A model generated the notes under the pieces. That model was not told the origin of the DNA and searched no databases. It saw only the letters and a program-made list of their open reading frames with translations. Positions 1 through 8,807 of a stretch of DNA of 64,000 nt are shown here, one piece after another (the stretch's first letter is position 1; the number at the start of each line of letters is the position of its first letter). The DNA is taken from assembly GCA_946402735.1 (NCBI GenBank), contig CAMIXH010000001.1, positions 239,175 through 303,174 on the forward strand. Direction: 5' to 3'. A program made the position numbers and the translations under genes. This stretch comes from an uncultured Mycoplasmatota bacterium (GTDB lineage: Bacteria > Bacillota_I > Bacilli_A > RF39 > UBA660).

Positions 1-663
1 AGAAAATTAAAATGCAAAAATGTAATATATACAGGAAATCCAGTTAGTCAAAGGGCTATTGAATCAAAGAAATATAATAAGACCGAATTAGGATTTACTA
101 AAAATAAGAAATTAATAATCATAGTTATGGGTTCTCTTGGAAGTACATCTGTAAATGAAAAATTATTAGATTTCTTAAGATCATATGAAAGAGATGATGC
201 TGAAATATTATTTATAACTGGCAAAACAAGTTATAATGATTTAAGCAACAATTTAATAGTTCCAAAGAGTACTAAAATAGTTCCATTCTTTGATAATTTA
301 CCAAGTTTAATGAAGAGTGCAGACTTGATTATTTCAAGAGCAGGAGCTTCTACTATAGCCGAAATAATGGCCACTAAGACTCCATCTATTTTAATACCAA
401 GTCCATTCGTAGCTAATAATCATCAATATTATAATGCACTTGATTTGGTTAATAAGAAGATTAGTTATTTAATAGAAGAAAAAGATTTAAATAAAGATTC
501 ACTTATTGAAGCAATAGATTATATGTTTGAACCAAAAACAGAAAAAGAAGTAAAAGAAAATTTAAGTAAAATTAAAGATATAAGTTCTAGTACTATAATA
601 CTAGATGAGGTAAAAAAGATATTAAAGGTAAAAAATGAAGAAAAGGGTAAAGAAGAAGTTTAA
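1..663 (+). CDS. murG: UDP-N-acetylglucosamine--N-acetylmuramyl-(pentapeptide) pyrophosphoryl-undecaprenol GlcNAc transferase MurG, C-terminal part (5' end outside window)
   Basis: Frame 1 is open from position 1. The translation contains the MurG C-terminal domain motifs GSLGS, ADLIISRAGASTIAE and PSILIP. It is followed by divIB as in dcw clusters. Confidence 0.8.
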   Translation, partial: RKLKCKNVIYTGNPVSQRAIESKKYNKTELGFTKNKKLIIIVMGSLGSTSVNEKLLDFLRSYERDDAEILFITGKTSYNDLSNNLIVPKSTKIVPFFDNLPSLMKSADLIISRAGASTIAEIMATKTPSILIPSPFVANNHQYYNALDLVNKKISYLIEEKDLNKDSLIEAIDYMFEPKTEKEVKENLSKIKDISSSTIILDEVKKILKVKNEEKGKEEV

Positions 664-1309
664 TTTTTTTAAATTTATTATATTTATATTATTTATAATA
701 TTAATAGTATTTATAGTAAGATATCTATTTAATGTTAGAACTAAGAATATATTAATATTAGATAATAAATATTATACTGATGAAGATATAATAGAGACTT
801 GTGGTATAGAAAACTATCCTAGGTTTATAACATTAAACAAAGGTAAATGTAAAAGTAAACTAAAACAATTAGATTTAATAGAAGATGTAAAAATTAAAAA
901 GAAATTCGATTTTAGTTTAGAAATAACAGTAAAAGAAAAGAAACTATTATATTATATTCGTAGTGAAAATAAATATATGACTTCTAGTGGCGAAACATAT
1001 AGACTAGATAATGTAGTTGGAATACCAACATTAATTAATTATGTTCCAGAGAATATAGAAGCATCATTCATAAAAGAGTTTAGTGAGATTGATGACAATA
1101 TAATAAGTATGATCAGTGAAATAGAGTATAGTAAAAATAATTATGATGATAAGAGATTTTTATTATATATGAATGATGGTAATGAAGTTTGTATTACAAT
1201 ATCAAGAATAGAATTATTAAATAAATATATTGATATTGTAAAGAAATTAAATAATAAACATGGAATATTATATTTAGATAGTGGAAACTATTTTGAGATA
1301 AAAAAATAG
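635..1309 (+). CDS. divIB: cell division protein DivIB/FtsQ (N-terminal TM + POTRA domain)
   Basis: Basic N-terminus, one TM helix, then a POTRA-like region (ILILDNKYYTDEDIIETCGIE...). It overlaps the murG 3' end, matching dcw gene order. Confidence 0.65.
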   Translation: MKKRVKKKFNFFKFIIFILFIILIVFIVRYLFNVRTKNILILDNKYYTDEDIIETCGIENYPRFITLNKGKCKSKLKQLDLIEDVKIKKKFDFSLEITVKEKKLLYYIRSENKYMTSSGETYRLDNVVGIPTLINYVPENIEASFIKEFSEIDDNIISMISEIEYSKNNYDDKRFLLYMNDGNEVCITISRIELLNKYIDIVKKLNNKHGILYLDSGNYFEIKK

Positions 1310-1369
1310 ATATGTAATATGCATATCTTTTTTATTATGTTAAACTTTACACGTAAATATAAAATATAA

Positions 1370-1399
1370 TTGACATACAAAAAAACAAAATGATATAAT
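1370..1399 (+). promoter_or_regulatory. sigma-A type promoter, TTGACA-18 nt-TGaTATAAT (extended -10), upstream of the pilin gene
   Basis: TTGACA at 1370-1375, TG at 1391-1392, TATAAT at 1394-1399; RBS AAGGAAGAGTG before the ATG at 1447. Confidence 0.6.
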
Positions 1400-1446
1400 C
1401 TAAATATAAGGTAGCAACCTAAAGAAAGGAAGAGTGAAAATAAAAG

Positions 1447-1974
1447 ATGAAGAAGAAAGGATTTACATTAGTAGAATTACTAGCAGTTATCGCAATTTTA
1501 GCAATCTTAGTTATCATTGCTTTACCAAACGTTATGAGTTTGTTCAATGAAGCAAAGAAAAATTCATTCTCTAACGAATTAAAAGAAATCTATAAGACTG
1601 CTCAAAATCAATGGATGACTGACTCAATGATTAATACAAGAGAATTGTATTATTCAAGAACAGGAGATACTACATTAAAATGTGATGGTTCTACAAATAA
1701 TGGAACATTACAATTAAGTGGTAGACAACAATTACAATTCGGTATCACAGTTGATAAAGCTGGAGACGTTATTGATTTCGTAGCTACTGATGGAACTTAT
1801 ATGTATCAATTCCAAGGTACTAGTGGTAGTAACGTATTAAAAATTGAAAACATTGGTAGTGTAACAGCTTCTGCTGAAGATACTGCAAATGCAATTGTAA
1901 GATTATCTGATTACAATAAGACTACTGCTACAATCACTTGTACAAATAAAGACTTCGCTGTAACAGCTAGTTAA
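1447..1974 (+). CDS. type IV pilin / ComGC-like major (pseudo)pilin, prepilin with class III signal peptide
   Basis: N-terminus MKKKG|FTLVELLAVIAILAILVIIALP has a short basic leader, Gly-Phe cleavage site and Glu+5. Two Cys in the C-terminal region (D-region). C-ending codons (atc, ttc, aac, gac) are enriched relative to neighbours, suggesting high expression. Confidence 0.8.
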   Translation: MKKKGFTLVELLAVIAILAILVIIALPNVMSLFNEAKKNSFSNELKEIYKTAQNQWMTDSMINTRELYYSRTGDTTLKCDGSTNNGTLQLSGRQQLQFGITVDKAGDVIDFVATDGTYMYQFQGTSGSNVLKIENIGSVTASAEDTANAIVRLSDYNKTTATITCTNKDFAVTAS

Positions 1975-1988
1975 TATTTAGATTAAAT

Positions 1989-2017
1989 AAAACATTTCAT
2001 TATTGAAATGTTTTTTT
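1989..2017 (+). terminator. rho-independent terminator after the pilin gene
   Basis: Hairpin AACATTTCA-ttat-TGAAATGTT followed by a T7 run. Confidence 0.7.
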
Positions 2018-2064
2018 ATTTGTTTTAAAAATAAAAATATTATATAATTTCTTTAGGTGATAAT

Positions 2065-2943
2065 ATGTTAATTTTAGGAAGTCACGTTGGATTTAATAAT
2101 AAAGATGGATTAGTAGGAAGTGTAAATGAAGCACTAAGTTATAATGCTAATACATTTATGTTTTATACTGGGCCTGCTCAAAGTACTTTAAGAAGTGAAA
2201 TAGATGAAAATAAAATATATGAAGCATATAAAATAATGGCTGATCATAATATTAATAATGATAATGTTATTGTTCATGCTCCATATATTGTTAATTTAGC
2301 TAATAGAAGTGATGAAAGAAAATTTTTGTTTTATGTGGATTTTCTTAAAGAAGAATTGAATAGAGTAAATAAACTAGGGTTTAATAAAATAGTACTACAT
2401 CCTGGTAGTGCTGTTAATTGTACTAGAGAAGAAGGACTTAAAAATATAATTGATGGAATAAATATGGTTCTTGATAATGATATTAATGTTACAATACTTC
2501 TTGAAACAATGGCAGGAAAAGGTAATGAACTTGGTATTAATTTACAAGAAATAAAAACTATACTAGATGGTGTAAAATATAAAGATAAAATAGCTGTATG
2601 TTTAGATACATGCCATTTAAATGATTCTGGTATTGATATTAATAAGTTTGATGAATACTTAGATGAATTTGATAAAATCATTGGTCTAAATCTAATTAGA
2701 TGTGTTCATGTAAATGATAGTATGAATCCACTTGGTTCTCATAAAGATAGACATCATAATATTGGATATGGAACTATTGGATTTGATGCACTATGCAAAG
2801 TTATCTATAATAAAAGATTAGATGGTATTCCATTTATACTTGAAACACCATGGGTGAATAGAAATAGTAGTGATGAATATCCACCATATAAATTTGAAAT
2901 AGAAAACTTTAAAAATAAAAAGTTTATTGATTTTATTCAATAA
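2065..2943 (+). CDS. nfo: endonuclease IV (AP endonuclease, Nfo family)
   Basis: Motifs HAPYIVNLA, HPGS, LLETMAGKG, CLDTCH and HVNDS are typical of Nfo/xylose-isomerase-like TIM barrel AP endonucleases. RBS AGGTGA. Confidence 0.9.
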   Translation: MLILGSHVGFNNKDGLVGSVNEALSYNANTFMFYTGPAQSTLRSEIDENKIYEAYKIMADHNINNDNVIVHAPYIVNLANRSDERKFLFYVDFLKEELNRVNKLGFNKIVLHPGSAVNCTREEGLKNIIDGINMVLDNDINVTILLETMAGKGNELGINLQEIKTILDGVKYKDKIAVCLDTCHLNDSGIDINKFDEYLDEFDKIIGLNLIRCVHVNDSMNPLGSHKDRHHNIGYGTIGFDALCKVIYNKRLDGIPFILETPWVNRNSSDEYPPYKFEIENFKNKKFIDFIQ

Positions 2944-2953
2944 ACTCTTTTTT

Positions 2954-4174
2954 TTATTCTTTTAATTTATTAATTGCATTTAATATGGCAAGTCTACCAT
3001 ATTCGTAGGTTAGGGCTCCTTGTTGAAATATTACATATGGTGGTCTAATTGGTCCATCACATGAACATTCAATTGTAGATCCTTGTACAAAAGATGAACT
3101 TGCCATTATTACTTCATCATCATATCCTGGCATAGGAGCTGCAACTGGTTTAACATGTGAATCAATTGGTCCAGATGCTTGTATACCTTCTGAGTACTTA
3201 ACCATTTCTTCTTTGTTGTTTAAATATATTAATTCTACAATATCAGCTCTTTTTTCATTATATCTAGGAGATACTTTATATCCTAGTTTTTCAAATGCTA
3301 GACTAGCAAGAGTAGATGTTTTAACAGCGGCATTAACTGCACTTGGAGCAAAGAATATTCCTTGGAAGAATCTTCTATTAGCATCACTTGATGGTCCAAC
3401 TTCACTTCCTTCACCAGGAAGAGTAAGTCTTTCAGCACATAGTTCAACTAATTCTTTTTTACCAGCTATATATCCACCATTAAATGCAATACCAGCTCCT
3501 AGATTTTTAATTAATGATCCAGCACATATATCAGCGCCTACTGTAATAGGACTCTTAGTTTCAACTAATTCACAATAGCAGTTATCTACAAAAATAATTA
3601 CATCTTTTTTAATCTTTCTTATAAATTTAATTACACTCTCTAATTTTTCAATTGTTAATGATTCTCTTAGAGAATATCCTCTTGATCTTTGAATATGTAT
3701 CACTTTAATATCTTCTTTTAAAGCTTTTTTAATCTTATCATAATCAAAGTCATTATCTTTTAAATCAATATAATCATATTTGATTCCAAAACTTTTAAGT
3801 GAACTATTATTTTCTTTAATACCAATTACTTCATGAAGAGTATCATAGGGAAGACCTGTTATAGTAAGTAGTTTATCATTTGGTCTAAGTAGACCAAATA
3901 ATGCTACTGTAATAGCATGAGATCCTGATACAAATTGACTTCTAACTAAAGCACTTTCAGCATCAAGAACATAAGCAAATATTCCTTCAACTTTTCTTCT
4001 TCCTTCATCATTATATCCATATCCAGTAGTACCATTTAAATCACTTTCACTTACTTCATATTTATGAAAACCATCTAATACTTTTTTACTATTAATTTTG
4101 CATATTTGATCTAATTCTTCAAATTTGTCTTTTAATTCTTTTTCACATTCAATAATAAAACTTTCATCTAGCAT
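2954..4174 (-). CDS. PLP-dependent Cys/Met-metabolism enzyme of the YnbB / 'aluminium resistance' (Met gamma-lyase-like) family
   Basis: 406 aa with a YnbB-family-like sequence (…GTTGYGYNDEGRRKVE…SGSHAITVAL…). The start overlaps the upstream SDR gene stop by 7 nt. RBS GATGGTGG. Confidence 0.7.
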   Translation of the reverse strand: MLDESFIIECEKELKDKFEELDQICKINSKKVLDGFHKYEVSESDLNGTTGYGYNDEGRRKVEGIFAYVLDAESALVRSQFVSGSHAITVALFGLLRPNDKLLTITGLPYDTLHEVIGIKENNSSLKSFGIKYDYIDLKDNDFDYDKIKKALKEDIKVIHIQRSRGYSLRESLTIEKLESVIKFIRKIKKDVIIFVDNCYCELVETKSPITVGADICAGSLIKNLGAGIAFNGGYIAGKKELVELCAERLTLPGEGSEVGPSSDANRRFFQGIFFAPSAVNAAVKTSTLASLAFEKLGYKVSPRYNEKRADIVELIYLNNKEEMVKYSEGIQASGPIDSHVKPVAAPMPGYDDEVIMASSSFVQGSTIECSCDGPIRPPYVIFQQGALTYEYGRLAILNAINKLKE

Positions 4175-4917
4175 TTTTTACCACCATCTATTCTAATAAT
4201 ACTATCGTTTATATATGATGCTTCTTCTGTAGACAAGAAATATACTAAGTCAGCAATTTCATCTACTTCAGCAAATCTATTAAGTAGTATTTTATCTTCT
4301 TCTTTCTTTCTAAATTCTTCATCCATATTTTTATTCATTGGTGTATTAATCCAACCAGGACATACGCAGTTTACTCTAACCATTGGTGCAAAATGATTAG
4401 CAAGATTATGAGTCATATTAATAACTGCTGCTTTTGAAGCATCATAATCTATACTATATTCATAATATGTATCAATTCCATTAGTAGAAGCAATATTAAT
4501 AATTGTACCATTACCGTTTTTCTTCATTTCTTCACCAATAGTATTAGATACGTTAAATGTTCCAAATGTATTTACTTCTAGTATTCTCATAAATAGATCT
4601 TTATTTTTCATATTAAGTTCACAATCATGAGCAATACCAGCGTTATTAACAAGAACATCTATGTGTCCAAATTGAGTAATTGCTTTTTTAGCCATATATC
4701 TAATATCTTCTTCACTTGATATATCTGCTTCAATACATAGACAATGAATATTATATTTTTCTTCTAAGTATTTTTGTAATTTTAAGGCTTCCTTTTCATG
4801 AGTTAAATAATTAATAATAACATTATAATTATTACTAGCAAATTTTTCTGCAATAGCAGAACCTAGTCCCATACTAGAACCCGTAATTAACACTGTTTTT
4901 TTATCCATTTTTTTCAC
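4168..4917 (-). CDS. short-chain dehydrogenase/reductase (SDR) family oxidoreductase
   Basis: Rossmann motif TGSSMGLGSAIA, NNAG, and catalytic YxxxK (YDASKAAV). Confidence 0.85.
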   Translation of the reverse strand: MKKMDKKTVLITGSSMGLGSAIAEKFASNNYNVIINYLTHEKEALKLQKYLEEKYNIHCLCIEADISSEEDIRYMAKKAITQFGHIDVLVNNAGIAHDCELNMKNKDLFMRILEVNTFGTFNVSNTIGEEMKKNGNGTIINIASTNGIDTYYEYSIDYDASKAAVINMTHNLANHFAPMVRVNCVCPGWINTPMNKNMDEEFRKKEEDKILLNRFAEVDEIADLVYFLSTEEASYINDSIIRIDGGKKC

Positions 4918-4940
4918 CTGGAGATATTATACCATAAAAC

Positions 4941-4969
4941 TTGCATTTTTAAGCAAAATATGGTATAAT
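4941..4969 (+). promoter_or_regulatory. sigma-A promoter TTGCAT-17 nt-TATAAT driving the tandem lipoprotein genes via a ~140 nt 5' UTR
   Basis: TTGCAT at 4941-4946 and TATAAT at 4964-4969 with a 17 nt spacer (tgGTATAAT). The leader contains a perfect 12-bp palindrome CATCCTAGGATG at 5004-5015. Confidence 0.5.
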
Positions 4970-5114
4970 TTAAGTCGTTAAGAGGGAGTAATTCCATCCT
5001 AGGATGTTATAATTCAATATCACGGTTTATCAACCTGGATTATATGTAAAGAATGAGACTTTTATAGAAATATAAGAGTTTTTTTATATTTGTTTTTAAG
5101 GAGGTTGATAAAAT

Positions 5115-5573
5115 ATGAAAAAAACTACTAGATTATTATGTTTAGCTTTAGCGGCATCTGCTTTTTTAACTGGATGTGCTAAAAATCAAAGTGAGGTTGT
5201 AGTTATCGATAGTAAACAATATCTAAAAAGTGGCGATAATTATACTCAAATAGAAACAGCTAAAAGAGCATTCCAACCAGGAGAACATATCATATATTAC
5301 AATGTTGATATATTGAGTAAGAGTTATAGAGGAAGAGAAAATGGTTGGGGAAATGTTGACATTGATGTTCCAGCTGTACCAGAGGGATATAGACTTGTTG
5401 ATTGTATGACAATAGATAAAGATATTAATGGATATTCTTCAAATATTGTTTATGTATTTGAAAATGAAGTACCAGTAGAAGCTACTATGTCATATAATGA
5501 AGAAACACATGAAATAGGATATTTTAATCCTGGTACTCCAATTCATGCTTTAATTCTAGAAAAAGGAGAGTAA
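5115..5573 (+). CDS. lipoprotein (lipobox LTGC), paralog 1 of a tandem pair
   Basis: Signal peptide MKKTTRLLCLALAASAFLTGC with a lipobox. RBS AAGGAGG. About 50% identity to the next ORF along its full length. Confidence 0.7.
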   Translation: MKKTTRLLCLALAASAFLTGCAKNQSEVVVIDSKQYLKSGDNYTQIETAKRAFQPGEHIIYYNVDILSKSYRGRENGWGNVDIDVPAVPEGYRLVDCMTIDKDINGYSSNIVYVFENEVPVEATMSYNEETHEIGYFNPGTPIHALILEKGE

Positions 5574-5577
5574 AGTA

Positions 5578-6039
5578 ATGAAAAAGACAACTAAACTATT
5601 ATGTCTTGCTTTAGCTGCTTCTGCATTATTAACTGGTTGTGCAAGTAAAGAAGTAGTAACTATTAATGATAAACAATATATTAAAAATGGAGATAGTTAT
5701 ACTCAAGTAGAATCAAATAAAAAAACATTTGGGGTAGGAGAACACTATTTATACTATAATGAAGATATAAAAGTTCCATTTATAGGTAATAATGATTATG
5801 ATCAAAATGAAGATGGATGGGGAGTAGTTACAATGAATATTCCAACTATTCCAGAAGGATATAAATATGTTGATACTGTAGTATTTGATTTTAACCTTTA
5901 TGGATCTACATCAAATGTAATTCATATATTTGTAAATGAAGTACCAGTTGAAGCATCTATGACATATAGTACTATTAAAAATGAATTTGGTTACTTTGAG
6001 CCGGGTATTCCAGTTCAAGAATTAACGCTAGAACAATAA
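5578..6039 (+). CDS. lipoprotein (lipobox LTGC), paralog 2 of a tandem pair
   Basis: Signal peptide MKKTTKLLCLALAASALLTGC. Shared blocks with paralog 1: KQY.K.GD.YTQ.E, GWG, PEGY, NEVPVEA.M.Y, GYF.PG. Confidence 0.7.
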   Translation: MKKTTKLLCLALAASALLTGCASKEVVTINDKQYIKNGDSYTQVESNKKTFGVGEHYLYYNEDIKVPFIGNNDYDQNEDGWGVVTMNIPTIPEGYKYVDTVVFDFNLYGSTSNVIHIFVNEVPVEASMTYSTIKNEFGYFEPGIPVQELTLEQ

Positions 6040-6044
6040 TAATG

Positions 6045-6077
6045 AAAATGAAAGTTTTACTTGTAAACTTTCATTTT
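6045..6077 (+). terminator. rho-independent terminator after the lipoprotein pair (overlaps the rpmG promoter)
   Basis: Hairpin AAAATGAAAGTTT-tacttgt-AAACTTTCATTTT. Confidence 0.65.
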
Positions 6078-6118
6078 GTTTGCTATAATCTTAGTGTGCG
6101 AAGAGGGAGGAAAACATA

Positions 6119-6286
6119 ATGGCAAAGAAAGAAAATAGAGAAGGCGTAGCTTTACAATGTACTGTTTGTAAAAATATTAATTATTTAACAAGTAAAAATA
6201 AAAAGACTGCTGAAGGAAAATTAGAATTAAATAAATTCTGTTCAAAATGTAATAAAACAACTCTACACAAAGAAAGAAAGGCGTAA
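6119..6286 (+). CDS. rpmG: 50S ribosomal protein L33
   Basis: 55-aa ORF not in the ORF track: MAKKENREGVALQCTVCKNINYLTSKNKKTAEGKLELNKFCSKCNKTTLHKERKA, with the CxxC…CxxC zinc ribbon typical of L33. Promoter TTGTAA-17-TATAAT at 6061-6089. RBS GAGGGAGG. Confidence 0.85.
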   Translation: MAKKENREGVALQCTVCKNINYLTSKNKKTAEGKLELNKFCSKCNKTTLHKERKA

Positions 6287-6292
6287 TAACCT

Positions 6293-6850
6293 ATGTTTAA
6301 TATTAATGATATAAAAAACGGAATGACTATTAAATACGAAGGTGTTATATACCAAGTAGTTGAATTCCAACATGTTAAACCTGGTAAAGGTAGTGCTTTT
6401 GTTAAAACTAAGCTTAAAAACTTAAAAGCTGGTACTACACAAGAAATTACATTTAATGCAGGAATAAAAATGGAAAAAGCTGATGTAAGAAAGAGCCAAT
6501 TATCTTTCCTATATGCAGCTGGTGATAATTATGTATTTATGGATTTAAATACATATGATCAAATTGAACTTCCAACAACTTTAATAGAAGATCAAATTAA
6601 ATTCTTAAAAGAAGGTATGGAAGTAGAATCAATGAATATTGAAGGAGAAATTGTTGGTATTACATTACCAGAAAAGGTATCTTATAAAGTTATAAGTGCT
6701 CCTGATGCTGTTAAAGGAAATACAACAAGTTCTGCTCAAAAAGATGCTACTATTGAAACTGGTTATACATTAAAAGTACCACTATTTATTAGTGAAGGAG
6801 AAGAAATTGTTATAACTACTAGAGATGGTAAGTATTTTAGTAGAGGTTAA
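6293..6850 (+). CDS. efp: elongation factor P
   Basis: 185 aa with the KPGKG motif (VKPGKGSAFVKTKLKNL) and a three-domain EF-P layout. Confidence 0.9.
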   Translation: MFNINDIKNGMTIKYEGVIYQVVEFQHVKPGKGSAFVKTKLKNLKAGTTQEITFNAGIKMEKADVRKSQLSFLYAAGDNYVFMDLNTYDQIELPTTLIEDQIKFLKEGMEVESMNIEGEIVGITLPEKVSYKVISAPDAVKGNTTSSAQKDATIETGYTLKVPLFISEGEEIVITTRDGKYFSRG

Positions 6851-6879
6851 TTTTTTATAAACAAAGAAGAAATACTTAG

Positions 6880-7056
6880 TAATTATGAATAGTTCTAAAG
6901 AGAATTAGTGTGTGGTGAAAACTAATAGCTTATCATAATGAAATTACATATTTTGGAGTTTATATGGTAATGCTATATAATTATTGAGGTAGATATTAAT
7001 TCTATAAATAAAGGTGGTACCACGATTAATTCGTCCTTTGGTATTACCTTTTTATT
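6880..7056 (+). promoter_or_regulatory. T-box riboswitch leader (Tyr specifier candidate UAC-A) controlling the dut-tyrS operon
   Basis: Stem I element AGAGAATTAGTGTGTGGTGAAAACTAATA is shared with the lysS and ileS leaders in this window. A TTACAT specifier candidate is present. T-box sequence AAAGGTGGTACCACG at ~7009-7023 is followed by a terminator (…CCTTTGGTATTACC + T-run). Confidence 0.7.
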
Positions 7057-7067
7057 TTGGAGGAAAA

Positions 7068-7554
7068 GATGAGAAAATTTGAAAGAATAAGTTTTGAACA
7101 ATTTAAAAAAGATGTTTGTGATGATAGGGAATTATATGATAAAATTAAATTACCTAGAAGAAGTACACAAAAGAGTGCTGGGTATGATATTAATGCTATT
7201 ACTGAAGGAGTAATTCATCCAGGAGAAAGTTTAGTAATTAAAACAGGTGTTAAAGTTTCAATGAATGATGATGAAATATTCTATATATTTGATAGAAGTA
7301 GCCTTGGTTTTAAATATAATGTTACTCTTGCTAATAGTGTAGGTGTAATTGATGCAGACTTCTATAATAATGAAGATAATGAAGGTCATTTTGCTGTTAA
7401 ATTAATTAATCATGGTGATAAAGACTTTGAAGTTAAAATTGGTGATAGAATTGCTCAAGGTGTATTTATGAAATATTTAACTGTAGATGATGAAGAAATA
7501 GTAGAAACTAAAAGAAAGGGTGGATTAGGTTCCACAAATAAAAAGGAGAAATAG
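7068..7554 (+). CDS. dut: dUTP diphosphatase (dUTPase; dCTP deaminase/dUTPase superfamily)
   Basis: Motifs AGYDI, FDRSSLG, VGVIDADF, GDRIAQ and the C-terminal RKGGLGST are dUTPase motifs. The track start at 7057 is TTG. ATG at 7068 with RBS GGAGGA is preferred. Confidence 0.75.
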
Positions 7555-7556
7555 AT

Positions 7557-8762
7557 ATGAAATTTTATGATGAATTAAAATGGCGTGGTCTAATTAAAGA
7601 TGTTAGTAATGAAAGTGAAGTAGAAAGATTATTAAATGAAGAAAAAGTAACTTTTTATTGGGGAACTGATCCAACTGCTGATTCATTACATTTAGGACAT
7701 TATTCATCTTTAGTAACTGCTAAAAGACTTGCTATGCATGGACACAATCCAATTCTTCTTTGTGGAGGAGCAACAGGATTAATTGGTGATCCTAGACCAA
7801 CTGCAGAGAGAGAAATAATTAGTTATGAAGCAATTAACCATAATATAAAGGGTATTAGAGACCAAATAAACAGAATTTTTGATGGTAAAGCTAAATTAGT
7901 TGATAATTATGATTGGACTAAAGATTTCTCTTATTTGGACTTCTTAAGAGATATAGGTAAATATATAAATGTTAATTATATGCTTGATAAAGATATTATT
8001 AGAAGAAGACTTGAGACTGGTATTACTTATGCAGAATTCTCTTATACTTTAATACAAGGAAATGATTTTTTAGAATTATTCCAAAGAGAAAATTGTATTA
8101 TGCAAGTAGAAGGTTCTGATCAATGGGGTAATATTACTACAGGTATTGATTTAATAAAGAAAAAACTAGGTAAAGAAGCATATGGTTTTACAATGCCATT
8201 AATATTAGATCAAAATGGTAATAAGTTTGGTAAATCAGAAGGAAATGCATTATGGTTAGACAAAGAAAAAACATCTCCATATAAGATGTATCAATACTTA
8301 GTAAATACTGATGATAAAAAAGTAATTGAATACTTAAAAGTATTTACATTCTTATCAAAAGAAGAAATAGAAGCATTAGAAGAAAGTGTTAAAAATGAAC
8401 CAGAAAAGAGATTAGCTCAAAAGACACTAGCTTATGAAATAATAAAAGATTTACATGGAGAAGAAGAAGCTAATAAAGCAAGAACAACTTCAGAAGAAGT
8501 ATTCTCAAAAGGATATAGTGAAGAAGGAATGCCAGAAGAATTAATTGATTATACTGATGGTATGAATTTAATGGATTTATTAGTTTTAATAAAAATAGCT
8601 CCTTCTAAGAGTGAAGCAAGAAGATTAGTAGAGGGAAATGGTATTAGTTTAAATAATAATAAAGAAACTGATCCTAGTAGAATAATTAATAAAGAAGAAA
8701 TAAATGACTTAGTTGTTTCAAAAGGAAAGAAAACACATATTAAAGTTAACTTAGTAAAGTAA
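7557..8762 (+). CDS. tyrS: tyrosine--tRNA ligase
   Basis: Class I HIGH motif (DSLHLGH), a KFGKS (KMSKS-like) motif, and a C-terminal S4 domain. RBS AAGGAG. Begins 2 nt after dut. Confidence 0.95.
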   Translation: MKFYDELKWRGLIKDVSNESEVERLLNEEKVTFYWGTDPTADSLHLGHYSSLVTAKRLAMHGHNPILLCGGATGLIGDPRPTAEREIISYEAINHNIKGIRDQINRIFDGKAKLVDNYDWTKDFSYLDFLRDIGKYINVNYMLDKDIIRRRLETGITYAEFSYTLIQGNDFLELFQRENCIMQVEGSDQWGNITTGIDLIKKKLGKEAYGFTMPLILDQNGNKFGKSEGNALWLDKEKTSPYKMYQYLVNTDDKKVIEYLKVFTFLSKEEIEALEESVKNEPEKRLAQKTLAYEIIKDLHGEEEANKARTTSEEVFSKGYSEEGMPEELIDYTDGMNLMDLLVLIKIAPSKSEARRLVEGNGISLNNNKETDPSRIINKEEINDLVVSKGKKTHIKVNLVK

Positions 8763-8807
8763 GTTAACTTTTTCTTTTATAAGAAATCATAATGTTATAT
8801 AATTATT

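Noticed and set aside
2331-2681. Antisense ORFs nested inside clear genes (2331-2681, 3213-3578, 16029-16268, 17988-18188, 22809-23027, 25098-25385, 31110-31499, 31911-32163, 32926-33123, 34662-34901, 35149-35334, 36441-36656, 41348-41602, 41760-42026, 43611-44282, 50799-51023, 51677-52024, 53074-53268, 56425-56694, 58501-58833, 61335-61571, 61468-61659, 62039-62275, 62652-62909, 63525-63761)
   Set aside because: All lie opposite strongly supported, motif-rich genes. Their translations are low-complexity Ser/Leu/Ile/Phe-rich strings without RBS or motifs, so they are frame artefacts.
4985-5110. Riboswitch in the 5' UTR of the lipoprotein pair
   Set aside because: No recognisable riboswitch consensus (SAM, TPP, FMN, purine, c-di-GMP, etc.) was found. 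Only the 12-bp palindrome is notable, so it is reported as a candidate operator or hairpin instead.
7057-7067. ORF-track start codons at 7057 (dut), 14868 (Nudix), 21910 (CoA ligase), 41433 (pilin), 41920 (uvrA), 52158 (kinase-like), 59999 (obg), 61977 (yqeG)
   Set aside because: These are upstream TTG/GTG codons or ATGs without an RBS. Downstream ATGs with proper Shine-Dalgarno spacing, and N-termini matching the protein families, were preferred.
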